A stretch of DNA of 64,000 nt from Leptogorgia sarmentosa (Eukaryota), in NCBI GenBank assembly GCA_964658305.1, contig OZ210885.1, positions 9,176,001-9,240,000 on the forward strand, read 5' to 3'. Positions 37,508 to 49,421 of this stretch are shown one piece after another. The translations under genes and the position numbers were made by a program. The notes beneath the pieces are model-generated. The model saw only the letters and a list, made by a program, of their open reading frames with translations. It was not told where the DNA came from and made no database searches. How positions within the stretch are numbered: position 1 is the first letter of the stretch; every line of letters starts with the position of its first letter.

Positions 37508-39775
37508 TTGTAACTGGACCATCCGCATTAACTGTTACCTCGGCCATTCTAACTGAATTAAATCCACCAGCTGGTTTACCGGGGTTTTGCTGCTCAGATG
37601 CCGAGGATTGGTTTCTCAGAGACCTAACAGAACTGCGTGTTGAATTGGATGTATCTGAGAAGCTTCTCGAAGATTGCGCTTGAGTCGAAGGCAGGGAATT
37701 ATGTACTCCACTGTTTACAGGTGCTCTGGACAGATTTCTGCTCGTGTTCATCGAAAATTGACCGCTGTTCATGGCATTTAGAAAACCTGGATTCCTCGTA
37801 ATGGCTCTACGTCCATGGTTTTGTACCAGATTTGCAGCGTGCTTTTTAGATGCTTGACTTTGACGAAGTAGATCATAGTCACCAAGGAGAAATGCGTCTA
37901 TAATATGCACAAGATCAAATCTGACAATGGATTCAAAGAAATCAGAGAGTTGATGTAAATCTGAAGCGTTGATGACTCCTTTTTCATCAAGTTGAAAGAG
38001 AATATCAGTGGCATTCCGTGGGTTATTGATTGAGAAATTCTGAGCCGTCCAGTCTTGTAATAGCATGACGTCCGAGGAGAGAAGGTTTTGTGCAAGGGAT
38101 AGCAAAAGGAGCTTGTAATTGTTATACAAGGTTGTTGCAACTGATGTGGGTGGAATGTTCCTCAATGATATGGACTCTCTTCCAGAATCATCTTGCTGGA
38201 CCGAAAATGACAAACCACGCTGGGATGCGGACGCCTGATCGCGGGTTCCCTCGACATTTCCTGATGGACTACTTCCCTCTCCGCCACTGGAGTTCTCTGT
38301 AGATTGGATACTTGCTGTATTTTGGACCGTTGCGGTTTGCTCGAAGCCGTTAACAGTATTGCTTTCCTGATTTCTTGCTTGGAACGTCCTTTCATTTTCG
38401 TCATTTCGGACATTCGCTACCCCGCCTGGTTCATGGTTGTTATCTGGCACCAAGGCCTCGGCTCCATTGACGAGGTGACCACGAGAGGAAGCTGCTTCAT
38501 CGACAGATGATGAATTTAGTACTGCAGGATTTCGACTTTTATTACTACTGATCGGAGGTCTTGACGAACCATTTGCAACAAGGTATCCTTGATCGCCGCT
38601 GTTGCCCAACTCATTCGATCTGGGCTTTCGAGAGTTGGACATGGCAGATCTTTTATCTTCCTGTGAGGGAGATTGAAATATGTGACGGAAGTGCTCCGAT
38701 TTTCTTTCTTCGTTTTCTTTAGCCGTCTTCTCAACTGTTACTTCGCCAAGCTCTGACAAGATCTCTTTGTTTATGGACTGCAATGCTGCCAGTTGCTTTC
38801 TAAGAGACAGGTTTTCATCCTCCAGTTCTGTTACTCTCGCGGAAATCATCCGAGTTGATAGCTGCGAGAAATAGAGCGAATTCCTTCCTTTCAACGCGTT
38901 TTCTTGCGACATCTTTTCATACTTCATCTTTTTGTCGGGACGAGAATCTCCAATATGCCCAGGAATCCATTTTCCCTGACTTTCTTTTCCAATCTGCGGA
39001 ACATTGATATCGTTGAATATCTTTCTTTCGGGCTTCTTTCCTTTTTTACATTGTTGACGATTAGAATCTTCTTCTAAACATGCAAAATCTTGCACTTTGG
39101 TTTTCGTCTTTGTTTTTAAGGAGCCTTGTACAAAATCATCTTCAGGTTTCTGTAAAGTACTTCCAGGATTGTGATCATAAGTTTGAGCAACGTCGTCGTG
39201 GTCAATGTTTCCACGCTAATTCTTGTTTTCCTTTTTCTTCTTGCTCTTGTAATTTGGTGATAGAGGAGGAGAATTACGGTTTGGTTGCGCATTCAAATCA
39301 AGATCCAAGTTTTGATTTTCAAAATCCTGAGATTCTTCATTTTCTTTACCGTTGAGCGAATGTGTCATTAGAAGTGAACGCGAAGCCTCTAAGAAACTGT
39401 CAATTTCGCCTGGTGTGAGAAGTTTTGTACATGAATATTTTCTGCGATCAAGTAACAGTTTCAACGGTCCAGCAGTTTCCTCGCTTGGACGTTCAAGATA
39501 GCTCTGAAATAAATCTAGCGAATGTAATGTTTGTGCGAACACAGCTTTGATGTCAAAAATAGAATTTAGTAATTCTTTAGTGAATTTTTCCTCGGCTACG
39601 TTTGGAGATTCGATATTGAAAGAAATTTAGTGGTTTGTATAATAATGCTCAACCACTTTATTTGTAAGACCGCCAAGGAATTTAAACATTTGCACAAGGT
39701 TTGTCAGTTCATTTGTAAGGCAAATTTTCTTGTGTGGATGTACGAGAGAGAATTCTGAAGTTAAATTATGGAAAT
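37508..39775 (-). CDS. Large exon: N-terminal region with two in-frame stops (39627-39629 TAA, 39216-39218 TAG), coiled coil, low-complexity linkers and DED (about 37875-38130)
   Basis: ORFs 37467-39095 and 39216-39542 are the same frame; YKLLLLSLAQNL...DILFQLDEKGVI..DLHQLSDFFESIVRFDL has DED helical pattern and RxDL; donor A|gtaagt at 37507. Confidence 0.8.
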
Positions 39776-40215
39776 CTAGAAAATATAAATATAGAATAGT
39801 TAATCTTGAATAATTAGCTCAAATTCGTGCGAAGAGGTTTTTCTAAAAATCGATTATGTAGAAAAAATAGATCCAGTTGCGTATTCGATCACGAATCAAT
39901 GTCGCCAATTTTTTGTGCCTAAATCCGCTGGGTTGTCAGAGCAATAAATCAAGTATGGTAGAGCAATTGAATTATATGAAGAATCGAGAGTATTTTTTTT
40001 AGCAACGTTTTATGACGACGCAGTCCTGATACTCCAAAATTAATTTTGCTCAGTATCAGCCTTCCGAGAAGGATGCTGGTCAATTTTTACTCCAAGTTTT
40101 CCATCTGCGCTTGGCCTAATTGTTGCTTATTGTCTATTACAATAATTTTGAGATTTTGGATAGCATAGTTTTATATTTATTTTGTATCGAACGTTTTTAT
40201 ATTTTGCATATAAAG

Positions 40216-40733
40216 TATTACTCGACTGTGATTGGTCGATTCAGTGCAGTTAATCCCAAATCACAGTGCAACTTTCTGTTACCACTTTGAACCAATCAAA
40301 TTAGAGCTCAAGCTACAGATTTCTTCAAAACAAAACAAACATGGCGGCCGCGCTAAACAAAGTAAAAATTGTCTGCGGGTCGAAAATATAGCTTTTATCT
40401 TTTTCTTATGACGGAAAAAACTTTATCTCAAACAAGACTAACAAAAGTTACGTGTTTGGGTGAATTTTAAAACCGTAAACGCTGTAAAATGTGAAATAAA
40501 CTAAGCAAGAAAACTCTGCCGGTGAAATTTCGCTTTGAAATTTCGCTAATAGGTAATATTACCAGGTAATAAGTATGGTTTCTCGTGCAATTTGGATAAC
40601 ATACACTCGTGAGTTTTCCAAAGACCTCAAATAACACTCGTCCTTTGGACTCGTGCTACTTTGAGGTCTTTGGAAAACTCACTCGTGCATGTTAATTCCA
40701 AATTGCACTCGAAACCATACTATTACCTATACT
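40216..40733 (+). mobile_element. Second copy of the hairpin-ended repeat at 355-1016 (intronic)
   Basis: Direct sequence similarity over about 500 bp. Confidence 0.75.
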
Positions 40734-40784
40734 AATAAAAAAGGCAGTTATTTGCAAAATAATCATATTTGTTGGGATTCTTAC

Positions 40785-40883
40785 ACCGATCCCTTGCGAA
40801 GAATCTTTTCATCGTCACATCATTTAGGTGATGAGCGGAACTTTTACTGCATTTGGATGTAATTATGCGCAACCAACATTGGC
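40785..40883 (-). CDS. Probable 99-nt upstream exon of the DED-CHY-RING gene
   Basis: Open frame QCWLRIITSK...FFARDR, phase 1-1, donor gtaaga; upstream intron only 58 nt. Confidence 0.5.
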
Positions 40884-40941
40884 CTTAAATTTATTTAAAG
40901 ATACAGTAAATAATGAGTTCGAACACGTGAAAAAAAAATAC

Positions 40942-41043
40942 CTTTGTCTCCAGTTGTAGACAGTTTTGACTGCTCAATGTCGCTTAATAATTTGTCAGTT
41001 TCTTCAACGTTTGCGGTAAGATCTTCAATTTGTTTGCATTCTT
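40942..41043 (-). CDS. Upstream exon truncated by the LINE tail (KECKQIEDLTANVEETDKLLSDIEQSKLSTTGDK)
   Basis: Open, helical-looking frame abutting the (aatgt)n tail; phase-1 donor gtattt at 40941. Confidence 0.55.
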
Positions 41044-44000
41044 TTACATTACATTACATTACATTACATTACATTACATTACATTACATAACATTACATA
41101 CTTTATTGACATTCCCAACCGGGTTTTTCAATGACAATTTACATCAAATAAAATTATTTAAAACTAACGTTAGTAATAATTTAAAAGTTATTTACAAATT
41201 GGATAGAAGAGAAAAACTGTATGTGCTGTTTACTGTAGTTATTTATAAAATGTCTAACATAGTTTTTTTGTTAAGAATTCTAATTTAAGCTTACTTTTAA
41301 AAAGGTTTACACTATTAATTGATTTTAATTGTTCATCCAGCGCATTCCGTATCTTAGTTGCTCTATATTTGAACGTTCTATGCCCACATGTTGTATGATA
41401 TTGTGGAATTTGAAGCTTTTTATTGTTCCTGGTATCGCGGTCATGGATTTCATTTCTTTTTTCAAATTTGTCACAAAGGTATGAGGGTGCTAGACCATTA
41501 ATACATTTGAATGTTAATATTGTATCTCTGTAAAGTAAATGTTCTTTCATTGGTAACCAATTAAGTGACTCTAAGGTTGAAGAAATATGGTCATATTTAG
41601 ACAGCCCTGTAATTAAACGAGCCGCACAATTCTGGATCAATTGGATCTTTTTTATGTTCATATCCGATGTATTGGACCATACTGAGGCACAATAATTAAT
41701 TTTGCTTATCACTAACGTATCGATAATCTTGGCCAATGTCGATTCATCGAAAATATGTTTCACCCGACTAATTTGTCCTAATTTAGATAAACATGACGAC
41801 GATAAGGCATGTATATGTTCATTATAGGTAAGATATGAATCCAGAGTTATCCCCAGATCTTTTACTTCCGTCACAGGAATAAGAGTTTTGCCAATAAACT
41901 TTAGTTTAGGTCTTGTCTCCAATTGCTGAAGAAGTTTCCGTGATCCAACTACCAGCATTTTGGTTTTATCTGGATTAATCAAAAGGCTATTGTTGCAGCA
42001 CCTATAAAAAACTCCTTCTAAATCTTCTTCTATTGCAGTTAAGGAGCGGTCCATAGTCGATACGGAGAAGGATAGAAATGATTTTGAATCATCCACGTAT
42101 GACTCTAAGCGGCAAGATTTGGGTGTTGATGGTAAACTGTTAGTATAAATATTGAACAAAAACGGTGAGAGGACAGAGCCTTGGGGAATTCCATATTTTA
42201 GTGAAGCCACTTCTGACGAAATAGTTCCAATCCGAACATATTGTAATCTATCGGACAGGTAGCTTTTAAACCATGTATATACTGCTGGAGATGCTCCCAG
42301 GTCTCGAATTTTTTGGAGTAGGGTTTCGTGCTGGACACTATCAAAGGCTTTTGACAGATCTATAAATACTACGATAGATAATTGTTTGTTGTCCATTGCT
42401 TCTAATAAGCTGTCCGTGACCGCAACATGAAGAGTTTCTGTTGAATGATTTTCCCGGTTTCCGCTTTGGTGTTTCGATAATAAATTGCGTTTAATGAGAT
42501 ACTCTTTAAACTGACTCAGCACCACTTTGTCACATATTTTTGATAAAGTTGCCAATAGCGAGATTGGTCGATTATTAGACGCAACTTCGTGGTCGCCTTC
42601 TTTATGTAACGGAATCACTTCCGCCAACTTCCAGATAGAGGGATATGTTGAGGTCATTAATGAGCAATTGATGATATTGGTAAGTGGGTCTAGGATTACG
42701 TCAAGTGTGTCTTTGATACATTGAATTCCTATTTTGTCGGGTCCTGGAGCTTTATTTGAAGGTGTTTTTAGGATTATTTTTCGGATTTGGCTGCTAGTCA
42801 CGGGGGTAAATTCAAACCTTTCAGCGGAATCTGCATTGGTCAATCGTGGTAAGGGAGGTGTTATCGAGATATGATTATTTTCTGCTAGTGCTTTTACTTT
42901 GTCAGCTGTGCTTTTTCCAACCGAGGTGAAATAGCTGTTGAATTCATTGGCTATAACAGCATGATCTTTTTGGTAACATGGTTTTGTCGCTTCCTTAGTA
43001 GGCAGGCTCCCTCTAATTACCTTCCACATAGTTCTCGCGTTACCCTTGCATTTCTCGATCTGATTGCGTACGTAATTGGACTCTGCTGTTCTTAAGGATG
43101 ATTTAACGGAGTTCCTAAGTTGTTTATAATCTTTCCAGTCTTCCATATGACGTGATTGTTTAAAGATATTTAATTTTCTGTCTCTGAGTTTTATTAACTG
43201 TTTTATCTCATCATCGATAAACGGATGGGATTTCCCCCTGATTTTGATGTGCTTTATAGGGGCATGTTTGTTTAACGTATTTAGGAACAACTGATTAAAA
43301 AGATCAAGCTTTACATTCACGTCATCAGTGAAATATACCTCGAAGAAAGGAAGTTCCAATAGTTCGGCACTAAAGCAGACTGGATCGTAATTTTTGTAAC
43401 TTCTTGTATTTAAGTAATGGCATTGAGGCTTATTGATCTTTAATTTAATTGTGCAATAAATCAAGCAGTGATCACTTATACCAGTATCTATAACGCCGCT
43501 GTTTTTAACATTGAAGTAAGAGGAAGTCATGATCACATCTAGTAATGATGTTGTTCGTGGTGTAATTCTTGTAGGATCTTTAATGAGTTGAACCAAATTT
43601 AGTTCAATACACGTGTCCACTAACATTTTTGCTTCCAAACTTGTTGTCTTGAGAAGATCGCAGTTTAGATCACCCATGACCACGATCTGTTTGCCCAACA
43701 AAAAAGCTTCAGTATACGTAGGCTTCAGTTCCTCTCTAATACAAGTTACCGGACAATCCGGGGGTCTGTACGAGACACAGACAATTATTGACTTGTTTTT
43801 ATTCACTTGTATCTGTATCCATAGTTGGTGGAAACCAGATGTTGATATATAGGATATATCTTTTAATCTTTTTGTCTTAAAATTGTTGCGGACATAGATA
43901 CATACGCCACCATGCACCCTTCTTATGCAAGCGATCAAGTCTGTGTAGTTTATAACCTATGATTTCTACTTCAGCATTGGACGTGGATGAATTAAGCCAA

Positions 44001-46066
44001 GACTCTGATATTTCAAGAATATCCATTTTCTTGTTCACTACCAGTTCTCTTATTTGAATTATATGATTTCTACTTTTGATCGATTGTGCGTTTAGATGGA
44101 AAAGTTTTATTCTATTCCTACTGTTCTCGGTATTATTCAGGACATTCGATAAGGTATTCGTACAATTACCACCAACGGTTTTCTTAATTGGGATATTTAT
44201 TAAATTTTGTCTCCCCCCTTTCTTAATTGTGATATTTATTAAATTTTGTCTCCCCACATAATAGTCTTTGCGAAGTGTCATTTGTACTGGAATCCTGTTC
44301 TGAATCCTGGGTATTGGGGTGGGAGTACATGGATGTCCGACAGTGGTCAATACCCTATTGTTTGGCGCACAAATCTTAGGTATCTTGTCCATTCGTTCGT
44401 GGTAGGTTTCAGGCCCAGGTCGGTTTCGTTTGCAGTGCGTTTCATTCTTACTCGGGGATTGACTCGAGTAGTATGGGACAGGGTGCTTTGCCAAGGTGCC
44501 TTGGCTCGGTAACGGGTGGGATGGGACAGGGTGCCTTGCCAAAAAGGTCGAGGGTGATACAACTTTTTCTGTTTGGGAACAGGACTTGATACGGTTGTAA
44601 CATTTGACTGACTGCGGTTGTTACATGTGCCTTGCCACCCAGATTCTTTCAAAACTCGCCGCCCATTTAACAAATCTTGATCACTCTGGACTGATTCACT
44701 TTCATTTAAATCTATGCATAAGGGTAGATAATTTAAAGGATTCTTAATCTGGGAAAACAGGTTCTCTGCATTAACTGGGATTGATGATACATCAGGTGAT
44801 TGATCTATTTCAGATGGCCCATCAGGTTGGTCAGGACTGTTAACAGACTTCTCATCTAACATGCCAACGGGTGTCTGAGGTTGAGTTTTGACATGGTTAT
44901 TCACAAGCATAGAATCTGGCAGGTCATTTAAGTCACAGGGTCGGTGACTCAAATTGTTATTCTGATATTGTTTAATGCTACCCCCAGGAGACTCGTCCAA
45001 TAACGCCATTTTCTCCTCCAAGTCATGAATGCGTGACTTTAAATTCAAATTATCACTTCTTAATCGACACAACTCTTGTTTATTTGTAATAATGGTATGA
45101 TTTTGTTCAGACACTTTGGTCAACAATTTCTCTATTTGCGATTCCACTTTTTCTTTGAATGTGAGGAATTGTACCTCAGCTATAGACGAGATGTCATCTC
45201 GTTGCTGAGCTGGGGTAGAAGTACCGACTGCTTAAGCGGAATTCGGAGTAGCATTAACATTTGCAATATAGTATGCGCTATCGATAAAATACTCAAGTTC
45301 TTCAAGTGTCGAGGTGTTAGCAATCGATAACAAAGCAATCTTTGACATAAGTATTGCACGACCAGTTATGGGTTAACGAGGCCGAGTCTTTGATTGCAGG
45401 GCTATTATCGATGATACGTTCGCTTTCGATCGAAATTTTTGTAGTCGTTTGAGATGGACTGTCCGAGATCGAGTTTGTTTGCTTAATGACACCGTTTGTG
45501 TCTAATACACTCACAAGAATTTCCCTGAATGATTCGCCTTCCTTTCCATTGAACGTCAGTGTGTTTTGTTTGCCGGGGTACCAAGTCATAATAAACTTAG
45601 CATTTGAGTTTATAAACTGTTTGGCTTTACCGCCAGGCGATGTCCATCTACCCGTTACTGCAATAACATCTTTGACGAAATTCTTTAATGAACATAGATC
45701 ATTTGTCCATTTAAGTCGAATCCCATCATAAACCAGGTGATTTTGATTGTTGAGCAACTTTATTAAGTTAATATCGATAGTCTCCGAACTCAATTTATTT
45801 GATTTATTTAAGCTTGCTTCCTTCGCCGCCATCTTCGCCGCCATCTTCGAATCAACCATATTCGTCAATATATTGTCGGCAGTGAACTTTTGTTTTGCGT
45901 ATATTTACTATTTTCATGAAAGGTCGCCGGCCGTAGCCGCGTTTAATCAATTCACGGCTCAATTCCATAGTATAAGTTTATGTTTTTAAATGCAAGACAT
46001 TTATTTTTAAATCACAAATTATTTACAAACTTTACTCAAGAGAACACGAGCGAACACAGGAGTCTG
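41044..46066 (-). mobile_element. Near full-length CR1/L2-group LINE: ORF1 (broken, 44347-45868), ORF2 APE endonuclease plus RT (one frameshift near 43920), (AATGT)n tail
   Basis: APE motifs HLNAQS, ISESWL, YRPP, GDLN, LLDVI, SDH; RT motifs RPISLL, DLSKAFD, PQGSVL, YVDD; microsatellite tail 41044-41100. Confidence 0.95.
41254..43938 (-). CDS. LINE ORF2 endonuclease-reverse transcriptase (main frame)
   Basis: 894-aa ORF with APE C-terminal half and complete RT; N-terminus lies in the frame of ORF 43877-44542. Confidence 0.9.
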   Translation of the reverse strand: MIACIRRVHGGVCIYVRNNFKTKRLKDISYISTSGFHQLWIQIQVNKNKSIIVCVSYRPPDCPVTCIREELKPTYTEAFLLGKQIVVMGDLNCDLLKTTSLEAKMLVDTCIELNLVQLIKDPTRITPRTTSLLDVIMTSSYFNVKNSGVIDTGISDHCLIYCTIKLKINKPQCHYLNTRSYKNYDPVCFSAELLELPFFEVYFTDDVNVKLDLFNQLFLNTLNKHAPIKHIKIRGKSHPFIDDEIKQLIKLRDRKLNIFKQSRHMEDWKDYKQLRNSVKSSLRTAESNYVRNQIEKCKGNARTMWKVIRGSLPTKEATKPCYQKDHAVIANEFNSYFTSVGKSTADKVKALAENNHISITPPLPRLTNADSAERFEFTPVTSSQIRKIILKTPSNKAPGPDKIGIQCIKDTLDVILDPLTNIINCSLMTSTYPSIWKLAEVIPLHKEGDHEVASNNRPISLLATLSKICDKVVLSQFKEYLIKRNLLSKHQSGNRENHSTETLHVAVTDSLLEAMDNKQLSIVVFIDLSKAFDSVQHETLLQKIRDLGASPAVYTWFKSYLSDRLQYVRIGTISSEVASLKYGIPQGSVLSPFLFNIYTNSLPSTPKSCRLESYVDDSKSFLSFSVSTMDRSLTAIEEDLEGVFYRCCNNSLLINPDKTKMLVVGSRKLLQQLETRPKLKFIGKTLIPVTEVKDLGITLDSYLTYNEHIHALSSSCLSKLGQISRVKHIFDESTLAKIIDTLVISKINYCASVWSNTSDMNIKKIQLIQNCAARLITGLSKYDHISSTLESLNWLPMKEHLLYRDTILTFKCINGLAPSYLCDKFEKRNEIHDRDTRNNKKLQIPQYHTTCGHRTFKYRATKIRNALDEQLKSINSVNLFKSKLKLEFLTKKLC

Positions 46067-47292
46067 GCTGGAAATTGTTTCATATCAAAGACTGACTTGA
46101 ATATTTAAAACGTTGTATGCAAATAAATGTAGTATTTCGCACCAAATTCAAGTTTATGTTAGTTATAATAACATACGGTTAACAAATGGTTCTCCAAATT
46201 AAAAAAAATGCCAATAAAACAAAGATAAAAGCTGATATTTTGAGTGTTTAAAAAAAACAGAAATGTGAATTCCAATCGTGTTGCCCTGTTGTATGACAAC
46301 AACCTCTGACTGCTTTACTAATAGTACTTCATGTTCCAAAAATATAGTTGCATTTTTTTGCGAGTAAGGCGAGGGGTTGCTGCATATATGTATTTCTAGT
46401 ATTAAAGGAAACACCCATACTTTTTTAGACACCCATTATATGATTTTGTATTACGCGTTGAAGTGCGTCACTAATTTTTTGAATGCGGTGACTCTTTTTC
46501 GCGCCTACTTCACATAACTATAGTTTTTACATTTTATTATGCAACTGAAAACTTCACGATCTGACTAAATTTGGAATCGAATCCTCTTTCCAGCTGTGTC
46601 CATTATTTTTTCTAATTTAAATGTTTTTCTAATTAGGGAATATTCCATACTACAGCAAAATTCCCATTGATTCTTGAGTCCAAGTAGATTCGGTACATGC
46701 GATGTACACGACATAATAACACTATTGTATTGTTAAAAATGTCTATCAATAAAAATTGTTTGAATGATCATTATAATTCCTAATAGCTACAAAATACAGC
46801 GTGTATGAAAAAAGTGAACCTTTTCAAATTCAAATTAAGTGTAAAATATATATTGTAGTATTTTGACATGGATAATTGCCTTGAATTAATGTTGGACACA
46901 CAAGGTCTTCTATTCTCATGGGGTAAAACTGAAATACAATTTAAAACTAGATAATTAAAATTTAAGCAAGTTTGAAAAATTACATGAACAACAAATTCGT
47001 AAGAACTTGTGATTTGACGAGGGATTAATCATGTCAAAATATTACAATACGTTATAGCTAATTTGAATTTGAAAGAGTTTCCTTTTTTTTTAAATCTAAT
47101 GTAAAAATTTGATGTATTTCAACGTTCGTAGTTGCAATATCAATGTTTTTAATGAGTCATTCATTTCATTCATTTGACTTTTAAATCAGAGATGCCGGGG
47201 GTTGTGCAAAGAAAAAGTGAAAAACAAGTGAATAAAGTGAAAACAAGTGAAAAAAGTGAAAAACAAGTAACAGGGATTAAAATATGAGGAAG

Positions 47293-47669
47293 TCAGAAAT
47301 TTTCAGAATTTAGTTTTGCACACCTTAAAATTTCAGCAGAGAGAGCAGTCATATTATTATCCTTTAAAATCTGGATAAACTTTTTTACATCATTTTTATC
47401 CTCTGCTGCCCAGATTTTTATGATCTGCTGAGTTTTATATTTCTCATTTTCAATATGCCTAACTTGTTCGACAGACAGTTGAAGCCAGTCAGCCAGGGCA
47501 TTCCAGTCCATCCCAGGTGCACCAGTATCAAATTGGACACATATTTTCCTGTATATTCCATAAGGAAGTTCGTCAAATCTCCATTCATTTGTACTGAGAA
47601 GAGAAGGAACAATCTGTGGCGGTTGTACCGGTACCATTGCTGAATGTTGTGGCTTTAAACTTGGAATAT
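47293..47669 (-). CDS. Terminal exon with Death domain 2 of the HEPN-Death gene
   Basis: Acceptor cctgcag at 47670, phase 1; LPYGIYRKIC..D....DWNALADWLQLSVEQVRHIE...QQIIKIW Death-domain pattern; TGA at 47293. Confidence 0.85.
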
Positions 47670-48479
47670 CTGCAGGTGATATAAAATGATTGAAAATTTT
47701 ATAAACCGCCTGGCGAAAAAAATGCTATATTGAATGATACAGCTATATCTGGGTTCTCTAAAACGCTATTTTCAGGATTTTCAGGTAGGTATATACGACG
47801 CCCCTGGTCAATTTCGAATTTTTCCAATTTCCACGAGGGCTGACATAACTAAATGGAGGATTTGAAAAGAGTATAATAGGGATAATCAACATGGACGGAT
47901 TTAATATAAAGGGCTCGATTTATTGTAAGGAATTGGGGATTTGTCGAACGGGGGATGTATATGCCGAATCGCGAATGTTTGACCTGGGCGTGAGTTGGGA
48001 TTTGTTGTCGAAAAAGGATAGGAGGCAGTGTGGGTATGTAACGAGAAATGTGCACATTTTACCGTATGTGTTGCCAAAAGAGGTGGAGAAGTGGAGTTTA
48101 TTTGAATTGCCTGGAATGATAAAAGATTTTTCCCCGAGCCACGGCGCGAAGCGCCGTCCGGGCGTTAGCCCGGGGCAAGAGTAATAATTCCCACGGCTAT
48201 TTGCACCCGGGTAATGGGCAGCATAGCGGAGTCCGAAGTTGCTCGATTTGGCGGCCATTTTGGGTCAAGGTGCAAGAGAATTTTTGTAAGGGTGGTCATC
48301 ACTGATCTCAAAATTATGGTGGACTATCATGAAGAGCCGAAGCTTTTTAAAGCTTTTTGGCACTTTGGAAAGGCGAAAACAAAGACAAGATCTACGCTGT
48401 AAGACTTGAAAAGCCTTCTCAGAAGATATAAAACGCTGAGAAAGGGAACAAACGGCTACGGATTGAAACACAAGATAAG

Positions 48480-48948
48480 TTCGTCAATATGTTGTCGGCA
48501 GTGAACTTTTGTTTTGCGTATTCACGGCTCAATTCCAGAGTATAAGTTTATCTTTTTAAAGAAAAGACTTCACAAAATATTTACAAACTTTACCCCAAAG
48601 AACACGAGCGAACATTGGCTGGAAATTGTTTCGTATCAAAGACTGGCTTGAATATTTAATTAAAACGTTTTATGCAAATAAATGTAGTATTTCGCACCAA
48701 ATTCAGGTTTATATTAGTCCTAATAACGTACGGATAGCAAATCTCCGAATTAAAAAAAAATGCCAATAAAACCAATAAAAAAGCTGATATTTTGACTGTT
48801 TTGAAAAAATTATAAGAAAAATAAAGTTCCGATCGTGTTGCCATGACAACATCCTCAGGCAGGCTTTGAAGTACTTCATGTTCCAAAAACATAGTTGCAA
48901 TAATTGTTATTAAGGCGAGGGGTTGCTGCATATATGTATTTCTAGTAT
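48480..48948 (-). repeat. Direct duplicate of 45862-46400 (LINE 5' leader plus flank)
   Basis: Shared ttcgtcaatat-ttgtcggcagtgaacttttg ... gctgcatatatgtatttctagtat. Confidence 0.8.
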
Positions 48949-49384
48949 AGAGAGTATGGGGGAGAGGATTTGGTAATGGCGTATAAGGGTGGTTGCTGGG
49001 AATACCGGGGGTGAATTTGGAAGAGTATGGGAGCCCGAAGGCGACGAGTTCATTTGGGAAGTTCGGATGGCTGGAAAAATGCGGTAATCACATTGGAATG
49101 GCGTACGAACACTGTGCAAAAGTGGAAACGGAAGCCTGCGGATGTTGGTTGGAAAACGTAAGTAAAAATGTTATGCGTCAGCGTACGACCGCATCGTCAG
49201 CGTTCGTGGGAGGGGGGTTGCGTGCTGACAATGGGTACCGCATGCCAATAAGAATCGGGCCTTATGAGCATATGAGCATGTGCTAATGAGCAGTTTTGAG
49301 CACTTGTGAGCGATGCTCGTAATTGCTCATTCCCTCATGAGCACAGCTCATATGCTCATACGTTAAAAAGGGTGGGATAGAAGA

Positions 49385-49385
<1 letters not shown>

Positions 49386-49421
<36 letters not shown>

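Noticed and set aside
39216..39629. Stop-codon readthrough or alternative genetic code explaining in-frame TAA/TAG
   Set aside because: Other genes here end in TAA/TGA normally and no suppressor-anticodon tRNA was found in the cluster; nonsense mutation is simpler
47850..48470. Short ORFs such as MAAKSSNFG... (47920-48258)
   Set aside because: No recognisable domain; intronic and probably repeat-derived
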